Part shown: piece after piece, positions 29,316-39,194 of the stretch
Layout of the letters: the number at the start of each line of letters is the position of its first letter
Position numbering within the stretch: the stretch's first letter is position 1
Source: Phycisphaerae bacterium
GTDB taxonomy: Bacteria > Planctomycetota > Phycisphaerae > UBA1845 > Fen-1342
Length of the DNA stretch: 64,000 nucleotides
Assembly: GCA_963675745.2 (NCBI GenBank)
Contig: CAXXWX010000026.1
Coordinates: 640,001 to 704,000, forward strand
Direction of reading: 5' to 3'
The notes under the pieces: generated by a model
The model's database searches: none
What the model saw: the letters and a program-made list of their open reading frames with translations, nothing else
Told to the model about the DNA's origin: nothing
Position numbers and translations under genes: made by a program

Positions 29316-29723
29316 CTACGCGTCGTCTATACGGCGTGCCAGCTCGGCCAGCGTTTCCGGCGGCACGGACTGTGGTTTCCAGCGATAGCCGAGGCCGTCA
29401 CCAGCCCGCCGCGGGATGATGTGGAAGTGTACGTGCTTGACTTCCTGGCCCGCCACGGGTCCGTTGTTCTGCAAGACGTTGTATCCCTCGGCCCCCGTGA
29501 CCGCCATGATCCGCCGGGCGATCTCGCCGAGACAACGTGCGATCTCGGCGGCCTGCTCGGGGGGCAGGTCCTCAAGGCGTTCGGCGGCGCGCTTGGGGAT
29601 CACGAGCGTGTGTCCCTCGGCCAGCGGATTCACGTCCAGAAACGCCAGCACGGACTCGTTCTCAAAGACGCGCTGACAGGGAATCTCGCCGGCAACAATC
29701 CTGCTGAAGATCGTCTCGGGCAT
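29316..29723 (-). CDS. HIT-family (HINT) nucleotide hydrolase
   Basis: TIFSRIVAGEIP, FLDVNPLAEGHTLVIPK, AGQEVKHVHFHIIPR. Confidence 0.92.
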   Translation of the reverse strand: MPETIFSRIVAGEIPCQRVFENESVLAFLDVNPLAEGHTLVIPKRAAERLEDLPPEQAAEIARCLGEIARRIMAVTGAEGYNVLQNNGPVAGQEVKHVHFHIIPRRAGDGLGYRWKPQSVPPETLAELARRIDDA

Positions 29724-29798
29724 GGCGATCGCCTTCCTTCCGCCGGCCGTTGCCCGCCGGATGCCTGGCAATGCCGCAAGCGGGCGTCGCGATCGGGC

Positions 29799-30488
29799 CT
29801 AATCTTCGGTGGCGGTCTGCGTTTCGGTTTGTTTCGTGCGTCGCGCCTTACGCCGCTGCGTGGACTTTCCGGCATAGGCGGTGTACTTGACCTTGGCGCG
29901 CCGTTTGCGCTCGGTTTTGGCGGTGTTCTGCGGGCGGGCCTTGTCGGACTCACCAACCAATTGCAGGATGGCGAGCTGTCCACCGTCACCCAAGCGCCGT
30001 TCGGCCAGCTTGATGACTCGCGTGTAACCGCCGCTGCCGCGCTGTTCCGTGCGCCGCATCATCTTCGGGCCGATGTCGGTGAAAAGCCGGTTGATCACGG
30101 ACTCGGAGGTGAATTTTACGCCGGGCTTCGTGGTGCTGGCGCGGTACCGGCGGCCGGAGCGCGAACGAAGCACTTTTTCGCGCTTGGCGTCGCTGAGCTT
30201 GTCGTATTCTTCGCGCTGCTCGGCGGGGATTATCTGCCGGTCATTCAGGGCGGCGGTGGCGCGCTGCCGCAAAGCCAGGCATCGCAGCCGATCACCGTCC
30301 CGCAACGCCTTGGCTCCGTCGACGGCCATCTGAACGAGCCGTTCGGCCATGCGGCGGATTTCCTTGGCTTTGACGACGGTTGTCCGGATCTCGCCGTGCT
30401 CGATCAGGCTCTGGCACATATTGCGTCGCAACGCCAGTCGATGTGACGTCGAGCGACTGAGTCTTCTACCAAACACCGCGTGTCGCAT
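29799..30488 (-). CDS. rplQ: 50S ribosomal protein L17 with large internal insertion
   Basis: MRH..GRRLSR..SHR.AL, I.TT..KAKE, GGYTRVIKL..RR.GD. Follows rpoA. Confidence 0.93.
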   Translation of the reverse strand: MRHAVFGRRLSRSTSHRLALRRNMCQSLIEHGEIRTTVVKAKEIRRMAERLVQMAVDGAKALRDGDRLRCLALRQRATAALNDRQIIPAEQREEYDKLSDAKREKVLRSRSGRRYRASTTKPGVKFTSESVINRLFTDIGPKMMRRTEQRGSGGYTRVIKLAERRLGDGGQLAILQLVGESDKARPQNTAKTERKRRAKVKYTAYAGKSTQRRKARRTKQTETQTATED

Positions 30489-30501
30489 AATTCACCTCAG
30501 G

Positions 30502-31572
30502 TCAGTTTACTTCGCCGCCGGAATCGTTGGCCGGTCCAGTGGGCATGAGCGGCTGGCCGCCGTCGTCATCGCCCTCGTCATCCCCGCCTTCCAGCGGATC
30601 ACCGGAGAGCCCCAGCCCCAATCCGGCGAGTTTGCGCTTGACTTCGATCAGCGAGGTGCGTCCGAAACTGCGCAGTTGCATGAGCTCGGACTCGCTCATA
30701 CTGACCAGGTCACCTACGGTGCCGATCTGCGCGGTTTCCAGGCAATTGCTGGCACGCACGGACAGGTCCAGATTGGCGACCGACATGTCGAGTTTCCGCC
30801 GCAATTCGTCGTCAACTTCCGATGTGACCGCCTCGACCTCGCTCTCCGCAGCCGCGGTGGCGGCACCGAGCTCGTGATACATCACGAACGGATTCAAGTG
30901 CTTGCGAAGTATCTTGGCGGCCTCGGTCAAGGCGTCCTCGGGCTTTACAGTGCCCTTGGTCCACACCTCAATGATCAGCCGATCGTAATTGACGCTCTGC
31001 CCGACGCGCGTGTCCTCGGTGCGATAGCGCACCCGCGTAACAGGCGAATAAAGCGAGTCAATTGCGATGATGCCGGCTTCAGCGTTCTCGTCGACGTTTT
31101 CAGCGGCGGGCACATATCCACGTCCGCGTTTGGCTGAGAGTTCCAATGAGAACGTCACGTCGTCAGTCAGCGTGGCGATCAGGTGATTCTCGTCGAGCAC
31201 GCTCACGCCCGTGTCGCAAGCCAGATCGCCGGCCCGCACCTCGCCGCGCTCGCGCCGTTCGACGCGCATTTTCCTGGGCGTGTAGTCCTCCACATCCACG
31301 ACCATCGACTTGATGTTCAGGATGATGTCGGTCACGTCTTCGATCACGCCATCGAGGGAACAGAACTCGTGATCAGCCCCAGCGATGCGCACGTGAGTGA
31401 TCGCGGAGCCCTCGAGGCTCGATAACAGAATGCGCCGCAGGCTGTTTCCGACCGTTGTCCCAAAGCCGCGCTCAAAGGGCTCGATTATGAAACGGCCGTA
31501 CTTGTCCGTGCTCGTATTCTGATCCAGGATGACACGGGTCGGCAGTTCCAGACCACGCCATTGAATCCGCAT
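30502..31572 (-). CDS. rpoA: RNA polymerase alpha subunit
   Basis: EPFERGFGTTVGNSLRRILLSSLEG, LSVRASNCL, FGRTSL.E. Confidence 0.97.
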   Translation of the reverse strand: MRIQWRGLELPTRVILDQNTSTDKYGRFIIEPFERGFGTTVGNSLRRILLSSLEGSAITHVRIAGADHEFCSLDGVIEDVTDIILNIKSMVVDVEDYTPRKMRVERRERGEVRAGDLACDTGVSVLDENHLIATLTDDVTFSLELSAKRGRGYVPAAENVDENAEAGIIAIDSLYSPVTRVRYRTEDTRVGQSVNYDRLIIEVWTKGTVKPEDALTEAAKILRKHLNPFVMYHELGAATAAAESEVEAVTSEVDDELRRKLDMSVANLDLSVRASNCLETAQIGTVGDLVSMSESELMQLRSFGRTSLIEVKRKLAGLGLGLSGDPLEGGDDEGDDDGGQPLMPTGPANDSGGEVN

Positions 31573-31630
31573 TTCGTGTTCGCCTCCCGCGATTACACGC
31601 CCGTTCAGCCACTCGCGCTACGCCGCGCGC

Positions 31631-32272
31631 CTATCGTGAGCAAAACTCGACGATGAGCTGCTCTTCGATCGGAATGATCACGTCTTCCCGCGTTGGCAAC
31701 GCCGCGACCTGAGCCTCGAGTTTCTCCTCATCCACTTGCAGCCAGTCCTGCCGGGGCGGGATGGCCACACCCTCGAGCAGCGTCATCTGCGCCCGAGCGT
31801 GTTTCTGCGATTTCTCGCGTTTGTGGATTGAGATTTTGTCACCGGCAGAAATCAGGTAACCCGGTCGATCCACCTTGCGTCCATTGACACAGATGTGCCC
31901 GTGTACGACAGCCTGGCGCGCGCCCCGCCGACCGGCGATCCACCGCGTCTTGTAAACAACATTGTCCAGCCGCCGCTCCAGGATTTGCAGCAGCGCCAAA
32001 CCGGTATTCTCGCCCGACCGCTCGGCCAGAGAATAATAGCGCCGGAACTGGCGTTCGAGTACGCCATAGTGACGCTTGACCTTCTGCTTTTCGCGCAGGC
32101 GCACCGCATACTCCGAGGTGCGTCCGCGGCGCCACAGGTGCATGCCGGGCGGGTAGTTCTTGTACTCGCGTTCGAGCGGGTGCTTTCCGGTTTGATCGCG
32201 CACCGGCTTGAGATGAAGGTTCACACCTTCCCGGCGGGCGAGCTTCGTCGCGGGGCCCAGTAGTCTTGCCAT
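31631..32272 (-). CDS. rpsD: 30S ribosomal protein S4 (no zinc cysteines)
   Basis: RREG, SEYAVRLREKQK, LERRLDNVVY, ARQAVVHGHI, EQLIVEF.SR. Confidence 0.96.
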   Translation of the reverse strand: MARLLGPATKLARREGVNLHLKPVRDQTGKHPLEREYKNYPPGMHLWRRGRTSEYAVRLREKQKVKRHYGVLERQFRRYYSLAERSGENTGLALLQILERRLDNVVYKTRWIAGRRGARQAVVHGHICVNGRKVDRPGYLISAGDKISIHKREKSQKHARAQMTLLEGVAIPPRQDWLQVDEEKLEAQVAALPTREDVIIPIEEQLIVEFCSR

Positions 32273-32275
32273 CGA

Positions 32276-32680
32276 TCAAACCCTCCGCTTCTTGCGCGGC
32301 CTGCATCCGTTGTGCGGCAACGGGGTGACATCTTCAATGGACTGAATTCGCAGGCCGGCCGCCTGGAGAGCGGTAATGGCCGATTCACGTCCGGCACCGG
32401 GCCCGGTGACTAGCACGTCGACTTCGACGACACCGTGCTTCTTGGCCTCGCCGGCGCAGTATTGCGCGGCGCGCTGCGCCGCAAAGGGCGTGCTCTTGCG
32501 CGCACCGGTGAACTTCTTCTCACCGCCGCCCAGCGACACCGATCCGGCCGAAGCCCAGCAGAGCGTGTCTCCGCCGACATCGGTGATCGTGATGATAGTG
32601 TTGTTGAACGTCGCCTTAATGTGGGCGACGCCCTTCGCGACATTCCGTCTTCCGCGACGTTTTCCTGACGTTTTGGCCAA
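32276..32680 (-). CDS. rpsK: 30S ribosomal protein S11
   Basis: [44 protein letters not shown] start. Confidence 0.97.
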   Translation of the reverse strand: MAKTSGKRRGRRNVAKGVAHIKATFNNTIITITDVGGDTLCWASAGSVSLGGGEKKFTGARKSTPFAAQRAAQYCAGEAKKHGVVEVDVLVTGPGAGRESAITALQAAGLRIQSIEDVTPLPHNGCRPRKKRRV

Positions 32681-32732
32681 CTTAACAGCTCCTGCCTGCT
32701 TCGAGCTCTGTCCCGCAATCCGGGGCTAACTT

Positions 32733-33122
32733 CTACCCGCGGTGCATTTCCTTGATGCCCTTCTTGCCCGCCACTGTCTTGCGCGGTCCCTTTCGCGTGC
32801 GTGCGTTGGTACGCGTGCGCTGGCCACGGACCGGCAGTCCGCGCATGTGCCGCAATCCACGGTAACAACGAATCTCACGTAGTCGCGAGATGTGCTGTTG
32901 CACTTGACGCCGCAACTGCCCCTCGACCGCGAAGTCGCGCTCGATGATGTTCGCGATCCGGCTGATCTCGTCTTCGCCCAGCTTGTTTGCGCGCACCTCA
33001 GGCTCAATCCTGGCGGCCTCCAGGATCATCTTGGCGCGATGCGGACCGATACCGTAGATGTAACGCAGCGCGACGTCGATGCGCTTGTCGTTTGGGATGT
33101 CAACACCGGCAATACGCGGCAT
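32733..33122 (-). CDS. rpsM: 30S ribosomal protein S13
   Basis: [37 protein letters not shown]. Confidence 0.97.
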   Translation of the reverse strand: MPRIAGVDIPNDKRIDVALRYIYGIGPHRAKMILEAARIEPEVRANKLGEDEISRIANIIERDFAVEGQLRRQVQQHISRLREIRCYRGLRHMRGLPVRGQRTRTNARTRKGPRKTVAGKKGIKEMHRG

Positions 33123-33142
33123 TTGGTAAACCTCGCTGCAAA

Positions 33143-33256
33143 CTAGCCTTGACGCTGCTTGTGACGCGGATTCGAACAGATCACACGCAGGACTCCCTTG
33201 CGCCTGATCATCTTGCAGTTCTCACAAATCCGCCGAACGCTGGAACGCACTTTCAT
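33143..33256 (-). CDS. rpmJ: 50S ribosomal protein L36 (zinc-binding type; below ORF-track cutoff)
   Basis: Manual translation [43 protein letters not shown]. Confidence 0.96.
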   Translation of the reverse strand: MKVRSSVRRICENCKMIRRKGVLRVICSNPRHKQRQG

Positions 33257-33292
33257 GACAACACCTCGTACTCACTCAGACCCGGCGACCTC

Positions 33293-34084
33293 TCAGTCCA
33301 CCCGGGTCAAAACCTCAGCCCCGCGGTCGGTCACCGCGATGCAATGCTCAAAGTGGGCCGCAAGCGAGCGATCACTGGTAATGACTGTCCAGCGATCCTC
33401 GTCCGCAAAAACCACTTCCGGCCGCCCCGCCGACACCATCGGTTCCACCGCCAGCGTCATGCCGGACAACAACTCGAAGTCCGCCCGCCGATCCCGATCC
33501 ACATAGTTGGGGACCTTGGGCTCCTCGTGCATTTCACGGCCGATTCCGTGGCCGACAAACTCTCGCACGACGCCGAAGCCGGCGTCTTCCACGCACTTCT
33601 GCATCGCCGCCGCCACCTCACTCCAGCGGCGATGGGGGCGCATCTCGCGAACCGCAACTTCGAGCGTCTGCCGCGTCACGTCCAACAGTCGCTGCGCCTC
33701 AAGCGATACGTCTCCGACCGCAAACGTCCGGGCGTGGTCACCACAATAGCCCTTCAATCTCACGCCGCAGTCGATGCTGACGATATCACCGTTCTCCAAC
33801 GGCCGGTCGTCCGGAATACCATGCACGACCGCTTCGTTCACGGACGCACACACGCGCGCCGGAAACGGAAAACTCGCCTGCGGGTTAACGACGCCCAGAA
33901 ACAGCGCCTGGGCACCCGCATCCGTGATCCGCCGTTGGGCGGTTTCGTCCATCTCTCGCGTGGTCGCACCGGGACGCGCCAACAGGGCGATCTCGTCCAG
34001 TATCTCGGCGACCAGGCGCCCCGCGGCACGCATCAGCCGCAACTCGCGTGGCGACTTCAACTCTATCTTCGTGGCCGACCACAT
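33293..34084 (-). CDS. map: Methionine aminopeptidase type I
   Basis: CASVNEAVVHGIP, GDIVSIDCG, GDHART, GHGIGREMHEEP, AVEPM, AAHFEH. Confidence 0.96.
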   Translation of the reverse strand: MWSATKIELKSPRELRLMRAAGRLVAEILDEIALLARPGATTREMDETAQRRITDAGAQALFLGVVNPQASFPFPARVCASVNEAVVHGIPDDRPLENGDIVSIDCGVRLKGYCGDHARTFAVGDVSLEAQRLLDVTRQTLEVAVREMRPHRRWSEVAAAMQKCVEDAGFGVVREFVGHGIGREMHEEPKVPNYVDRDRRADFELLSGMTLAVEPMVSAGRPEVVFADEDRWTVITSDRSLAAHFEHCIAVTDRGAEVLTRVD

Positions 34085-34746
34085 CAGGCGCCGCCCAGAT
34101 CCTCGATTACGCTGCGAACCTTGGCCTGAACCGCATCGGCCCCGGCAGACGCATCGATCCGGGTCAAAGCCCCACGCTCCTCGTAATATCTCACGAGCGG
34201 CGCGGTCTGCTCCCGATAGGTCAGCAACCGATTGCGCACAACGTCCGGCTGATCATCCTTGCGCTGGATGACCTTCCCCGAACACTTGTCACATACACCC
34301 TCCGCCTTGGGCGGCAGGAACTCCTTATTGTACGTCGCGCCGCAATTACTGCAAACCAGCCGACCGCTGATCCGCGCCACGATCGTGTCGTCGTCCATCT
34401 GAAAATCGAGTACGGCATCGATCTTCCAGTTGCGCTCGGCCAGCCCGGCCGACAGGGCCTCAGCCTGCGGCAGCGTCCGCGGGAATCCGTCCAGGATAAG
34501 GTGCTTGTCCGCGGCGACCTTGTCCATGGCCGCCAGGATAACGCCGGTAATCACCTCGTCGGGCACCAATCCGCCGGACTCGACATATTCGCGTGCCTTG
34601 CGGCCGATCTGGCTGTCGGCCTTGATCTCCTCGCGGAGCACCTGCCCGCTGGAGAGTTGCACGATGCCCAGACGCTCGGCGAGCCGTTCGGCCTGAGTGC
34701 CCTTCCCCGAGCCGGGCGGGCCCATGAAGATCATGCGAATAGGCAT
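34084..34746 (-). CDS. adk: Adenylate kinase (zinc-lid type)
   Basis: GPPGSGKGTQA, GGLVPD, LDGFPRT..QA, CSNC...CDKC lid, QRKDD. Confidence 0.96.
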   Translation of the reverse strand: MPIRMIFMGPPGSGKGTQAERLAERLGIVQLSSGQVLREEIKADSQIGRKAREYVESGGLVPDEVITGVILAAMDKVAADKHLILDGFPRTLPQAEALSAGLAERNWKIDAVLDFQMDDDTIVARISGRLVCSNCGATYNKEFLPPKAEGVCDKCSGKVIQRKDDQPDVVRNRLLTYREQTAPLVRYYEERGALTRIDASAGADAVQAKVRSVIEDLGGA

Positions 34747-34747
34747 G

Positions 34748-36124
34748 CTACATTCTTCCCTTGATGCGACCGCCGCCGCCGCCCTCACCGCCGAGGAATC
34801 CGTCGTAGTTGCGCATCACGAGGTTGGCTTCCAGGCGATGGATGAAATCAAGACAGACGCTCACGACGATCAGCAGACCGGTACCTCCCAGAAACGCCGA
34901 AATCGAGAAGGGGATACCCAACTGTGACGCGACCAGCGACGGGATAACGGCGATGATCGCGAGGAAGCCGGCCCCGACGTACGTGATGCGATTCATCACC
35001 GATTCGAGGTAATCGGCCGTCCGCTTGCCCGGGCGCAATCCGGGGATAAAGCTGCCCATATCCCGTAGGTTGTCCGAGAGCTCCTTGGGGCGGAACTGCA
35101 CCGACGTCCAGAAGTACGAGAAGAAGAACACCATTGCGACGTAGATGATCTCGTAGACGAAACGGCCCGGCATCATCGCTTCATACGACCAGGCCCAGAA
35201 GCTGGTGGGCCACATGTTTGAGCGTCCCAGCCACCCCAGGAGCATCCCGGGGAACAGCAGAAACGAGCTGGCGAAGATGATGGGCATGACGCCGCCGTGG
35301 TTCACCCGCAACGGCAGATAGTGGCGTTGACCGCCGACGATGCGCCGGCCGCGCGTCTGGCGCGCCTGCTGAATCGGGATGCGCCGCTGCGCTTGCGTAA
35401 TCAGAATCGTGCCGGCCACGACGAACACGAAGGAGATCACAAGGAAGATGATCTTCTCGATCGTCATCGCCCCCGCGGTGGTACCTGCCGGGCGAAAGCT
35501 CTGGATGACCTGGATGATCGCATTCGGCAGCCGGGCCACGATGCCGGCCATGATGATCAGACTGATGCCGTTGCCCAGACCATACTCGTCGATCTGTTCG
35601 CCGATCCACATCAGGATCAGCGTGCCGCACACAAGTCCTGTTATGGCAATGAGATAGAAACCCACCGATCCGGCGAATTCCGGGTAGACCAAGCTCCCTG
35701 AATATAGGTGGCGGATCCAGAACATGGCCTGGATAAAGCACAGGCCGACAGTCGTGTAGCGTGTGTACTCCTGGATCTTACGCCGGCCGGATTCGCCTTC
35801 TTTCGAGAGCTTCTCCAGCGCGGGGACCACCGTGACCAGCAATTGCAGAATGATCGAGGCACTGATGTACGGCATGATGCCAAGGCCGAAGATCGTGCTC
35901 TGACCCAGGCTGCCACCCGTGAACATGCTGAACAGCTCGGCCATCTGCCCGGCGGCGGCACTACTGCCGGCCATGCGCTGCCAGTACTCGGTCAGCTTCT
36001 GCTGATCAATGCCGGGAAGCGGGACGTAGTACCCGACCCGGTAAACCGACAGCATCATCAGGGTAAACAGAACCTTCTTGCGAAGATCCGGGATCTTGAA
36101 CACATTGAAGAAGGCTCGAAACAT
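34748..36124 (-). CDS. secY: Preprotein translocase subunit SecY
   Basis: LGIMPYISASIILQLL, GLGNGISLII, GGVMPIIFA, FIPGLRPG, GGTGLLIVV. Confidence 0.97.
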   Translation of the reverse strand: MFRAFFNVFKIPDLRKKVLFTLMMLSVYRVGYYVPLPGIDQQKLTEYWQRMAGSSAAAGQMAELFSMFTGGSLGQSTIFGLGIMPYISASIILQLLVTVVPALEKLSKEGESGRRKIQEYTRYTTVGLCFIQAMFWIRHLYSGSLVYPEFAGSVGFYLIAITGLVCGTLILMWIGEQIDEYGLGNGISLIIMAGIVARLPNAIIQVIQSFRPAGTTAGAMTIEKIIFLVISFVFVVAGTILITQAQRRIPIQQARQTRGRRIVGGQRHYLPLRVNHGGVMPIIFASSFLLFPGMLLGWLGRSNMWPTSFWAWSYEAMMPGRFVYEIIYVAMVFFFSYFWTSVQFRPKELSDNLRDMGSFIPGLRPGKRTADYLESVMNRITYVGAGFLAIIAVIPSLVASQLGIPFSISAFLGGTGLLIVVSVCLDFIHRLEANLVMRNYDGFLGGEGGGGGRIKGRM

Positions 36125-36157
36125 CGCGGTCGCTGACCTCGTTCAGTGGCGTCGCTC

Positions 36158-36751
36158 TTAGCTACCCGACTCCGTGCTCGGCTCATCGCCGGCGACGGTC
36201 TCGGGCTGCGGGGCCGGGGCGGCCTTTTTCGGCGCCGCGGCCTTCTGCTTCTTCGGGTTCTTGGTCAGGCGCTTCGCCTTCCAGGCGGCAGCGCGATCGA
36301 GCCGAGCCACCACTTTGGCACTTCCGCCGGCCTTTTCGATGGCTTCCTTGGCGGCGGCGCTGAAGGCGTGGGCCTCGACTGTGAGTTTCTTGGTCAAAGC
36401 GCCCTTGGCGAGCACCTTCACAACGGTCGCGGTTCCTTGCACCAGGCGCGTCTTGCGCAGCGTGTCCAGGTCGATCGTGCCGCCGTCGTCAAAACGTCGC
36501 TCAAGATCACCGAGATTGACGGCTTCGATCTCGTCACGGAACTGCACGTTGCTGAACCCGCGTTTGGGCAGCCGCCGGAAGATCGGCATCTGGCCGCCCT
36601 CGCTGAGCGGGCGCACGCCCCCGCCGGAGCGCGACTGGCAACCCTTGTGGCCGCGGCCGCAGGTTCCACCCTTGCCGCTGCTGTTGCCGCGGCCGACGCG
36701 CATGCGGCGCTTGTTGCTTCCGGCAGCCGTTGTGATCTCGTCTAACGTCAT
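36158..36751 (-). CDS. rplO: 50S ribosomal protein L15 with C-terminal extension
   Basis: RVGRG.SSGKG.TCGRGHKG..SRSG, EGGQMP..RRLPKRGF. Start reassigned to ATG 36751. Confidence 0.95.
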   Translation of the reverse strand: MTLDEITTAAGSNKRRMRVGRGNSSGKGGTCGRGHKGCQSRSGGGVRPLSEGGQMPIFRRLPKRGFSNVQFRDEIEAVNLGDLERRFDDGGTIDLDTLRKTRLVQGTATVVKVLAKGALTKKLTVEAHAFSAAAKEAIEKAGGSAKVVARLDRAAAWKAKRLTKNPKKQKAAAPKKAAPAPQPETVAGDEPSTESGS

Positions 36752-36755
36752 TGGT

Positions 36756-37580
36756 CTAGTCCTGGGACTCGGGCTGGTCATTCGTATTGGAATTCGTGCC
36801 ACCGTCGGCCGTGTCCGGTTTTTCAGCGGATGGCTCCGGGCTGTCTGCGGCCGCGGTTGTCGCGGAGGCCGACGCGCCTTCACCGATCCCACGCGGCGCA
36901 GCAGCATCGAACTCGGCATCCGGTGTCTTTTCACGCACCGGCTCGGGCTCCGGGTCGGGCGGCAGATCGAGAGTAACGCCGCGCAGCGCTTCGACCACGG
37001 CGCGCGTGCGGAGTTTCTTCAAACCGTCGATGGTGGCCTTGACCAGGTTCTTCGGGCTGGTCGAGCCATAGCACTTGGTCAGCACATCCTTGATGCCGGT
37101 CAACTCGAGCACGGCCCGCGGCGCTGATCCGGCGATAACACCCGTACCGGGACTGGCCGGAATCAGCATGATCTTGCTGGCGCCAAAACGGCCGAGCACG
37201 CGGTGCGGGATTGTGTTGCCGCGCAGCGGAACATCGAACATGCGGCGTTTGGCCTGTTTCACACCCTTCTCGACGGCGGGCGGAACCTCGTTGGCCTTAC
37301 CGTAACCGTGGCCGACGCGGCCATTGCGATCGCCGACGACGGTGAGCGCACCGAAGGAGAAACGCCGGCCGCCTTTCACCACCGTGGCACAGCGGTAGAG
37401 CTTGACGAGCACGTCCTCGATACCACCGCTATCTACGTCGGGGGTGCCACGTCCACGGCCACGACCACGACCACGACCGCCAGGGCCCCCACCTCCGGGG
37501 CCCCCACCTCCGGGACCACCGCCTCCGGGACCACCGCCGCGTCCGCCCCGCGGGCTTCCTGTACCTGGTGCACTTGCCAT
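36756..37580 (-). CDS. rpsE: 30S ribosomal protein S5 with Gly/Arg-rich N-terminal and acidic C-terminal extensions
   Basis: VVKGGRRFSF.AL.VVGD.NG.VG.G.GKA.EVP, PA.PGTGVIAG. Confidence 0.95.
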   Translation of the reverse strand: MASAPGTGSPRGGRGGGPGGGGPGGGGPGGGGPGGRGRGRGRGRGTPDVDSGGIEDVLVKLYRCATVVKGGRRFSFGALTVVGDRNGRVGHGYGKANEVPPAVEKGVKQAKRRMFDVPLRGNTIPHRVLGRFGASKIMLIPASPGTGVIAGSAPRAVLELTGIKDVLTKCYGSTSPKNLVKATIDGLKKLRTRAVVEALRGVTLDLPPDPEPEPVREKTPDAEFDAAAPRGIGEGASASATTAAADSPEPSAEKPDTADGGTNSNTNDQPESQD

Positions 37581-37597
37581 TCGGTTCCGACCTTGTG

Positions 37598-37966
37598 TTA
37601 GAACTTCAGACCAGCTTCGCGCGCCGCATCTGCGAGCGCCTTTACCCGGCCGTGATACCGTTTGCCACGACGATCGAAGCTGACTTTTTCGATTCCGATC
37701 GCCCGAGCCTTTTCACCCAGTGTCTTACCAACCAGGGCCGCCGCCTTGATGTTGCCGCCATACGGCAGCGTTCCGCGCAAATCGGGTGCCTGGGTAGACA
37801 CTGCGCAGAGCGTGCGGCCGCTGATATCGTCGATAACCTGCGCGTAGATATTCCGGTGGGAGCGCGATACGGCCAATCTCGGGCGCTCGACGCTGCCGGT
37901 CACTTTCTTGCGCACGCGGCGAATCCGCCGCGCGTGTCTCGCGTGTTTGATCAACTCAACTCTCAT
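37598..37966 (-). CDS. rplR: 50S ribosomal protein L18
   Basis: [38 protein letters not shown]. Confidence 0.97.
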   Translation of the reverse strand: MRVELIKHARHARRIRRVRKKVTGSVERPRLAVSRSHRNIYAQVIDDISGRTLCAVSTQAPDLRGTLPYGGNIKAAALVGKTLGEKARAIGIEKVSFDRRGKRYHGRVKALADAAREAGLKF

Positions 37967-37994
37967 TCCGCATTACCTCTCACGCGGGGCGCGA

Positions 37995-38585
37995 TCAGCC
38001 GCCGCTGGCGAAGACCTTGCCGGCCTTTCGGCGAATCTGCTCACCGGCATATCGAATGCCCTTGCCCAGATACGGCTCCGGCTTTCGCAACTTACGCACC
38101 TCGGCGGCAAACTGTCCCACCGCCTGCTTATCACAGCCCGATACCGAGAATCGCGCCGGCTCGTTGTTACCGCGAGTCTGCGGCGTCTGCACGTCGATCG
38201 TCAGGCCGTCGGGGATATCAATCTCAAACTGGGCAGGCTTGCCCACGCCGCGTCCCATGTAACCGCAGTTCAGCAGGAACTGCTTGCCCTTGACCTGGCA
38301 GCCGTAGCCGGTGCCGTAGACTTCGAGCGCGATCGTGTACCCCTCGCTGACGCCGGTCACCATGTTGGCGATCAAGGCTCGCGAGAGCCCGTGCAAGGCT
38401 CGGTTGCGCTGCAGGTCGTCTGGGCGACGGACCACCACTTGTCCATCCTCGACGGCGGCCTCGATCGGCGCCGGCACGTGACAGCTCAGCGATCCTTTGG
38501 GGCCCTTGGTCTGCACTCCCGCGCCGGAGATCGTCACGGTCACGCCCTTGGGGATCTCGATTGGCTTTTTTCCTATCCGCGACAT
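37995..38585 (-). CDS. rplF: 50S ribosomal protein L6
   Basis: MSRIGKKPI, GPKG.L, HGL.RAL..NMV.GV, R.PEPY.GKGIRY, RKAGK. Confidence 0.96.
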   Translation of the reverse strand: MSRIGKKPIEIPKGVTVTISGAGVQTKGPKGSLSCHVPAPIEAAVEDGQVVVRRPDDLQRNRALHGLSRALIANMVTGVSEGYTIALEVYGTGYGCQVKGKQFLLNCGYMGRGVGKPAQFEIDIPDGLTIDVQTPQTRGNNEPARFSVSGCDKQAVGQFAAEVRKLRKPEPYLGKGIRYAGEQIRRKAGKVFASGG

Positions 38586-38589
38586 CTGA

Positions 38590-38988
38590 TCACCACACCA
38601 TGCAGAGGAGTTCGCCGCCCACATTCATCTCACGCGCCTGCCGATCACTCAGCACACCGCGGCTGGTTGACACGATCGAGATACCCAGCCCGTCCAGCAC
38701 CTCGGGCAGGTCTTTGGATCCGACATGCAGGCGACGCCCGGGCTTGCTGGCGCGCTGCAGGTCCTGAATGACCTTCTCGCCGCGATCGCCATACTTCAGT
38801 TCCAGCCGAATCTCGCCCTGGTTCGAGTCGTCAATGGAGGCGAAGTCGGTAATGTAGCCTTCCTCGACGAGCACGCGGGCGATGCCCAGGCAGACTTTGC
38901 TGCGTTTGATGTTCACGTGCGTTTTGCCGATCCGGTTCGCGTTTCGCACGCGGGTCAGCATGTCCGCTATCGGGTCCGACGTCGCCAT
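38590..38988 (-). CDS. rpsH: 30S ribosomal protein S8
   Basis: DPIADMLTR.RNA, EEGYI, SKPGRR, GLGISIVSTS.GV, VGGELLC.VW. Confidence 0.97.
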   Translation of the reverse strand: MATSDPIADMLTRVRNANRIGKTHVNIKRSKVCLGIARVLVEEGYITDFASIDDSNQGEIRLELKYGDRGEKVIQDLQRASKPGRRLHVGSKDLPEVLDGLGISIVSTSRGVLSDRQAREMNVGGELLCMVW

Positions 38989-39001
38989 GGTCACTCCACC
39001 C

Positions 39002-39187
39002 TCACCAACTCGCCTTCCGAACACCCGGAATGCTGCCTGCGTGCGCCAACTTGCGGAAGCAACAACGGCAGATCTTGAACTTACGGTATACCGCCCGTGA
39101 TCGTCCGCACAGCTCACAGCGCGTGTACACGCGAACGCCATATTTGGGCTTTCTCTTCGCCTTTAGCTTTAGACCGAGTCTGGCCAT
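39002..39187 (-). CDS. rpsZ: 30S ribosomal protein S14, short zinc-binding type (Z)
   Basis: 61 aa. RCELCGR.R...[19 protein letters not shown]. Confidence 0.95.
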   Translation of the reverse strand: MARLGLKLKAKRKPKYGVRVYTRCELCGRSRAVYRKFKICRCCFRKLAHAGSIPGVRKASW

Positions 39188-39194
39188 GTGTCCG

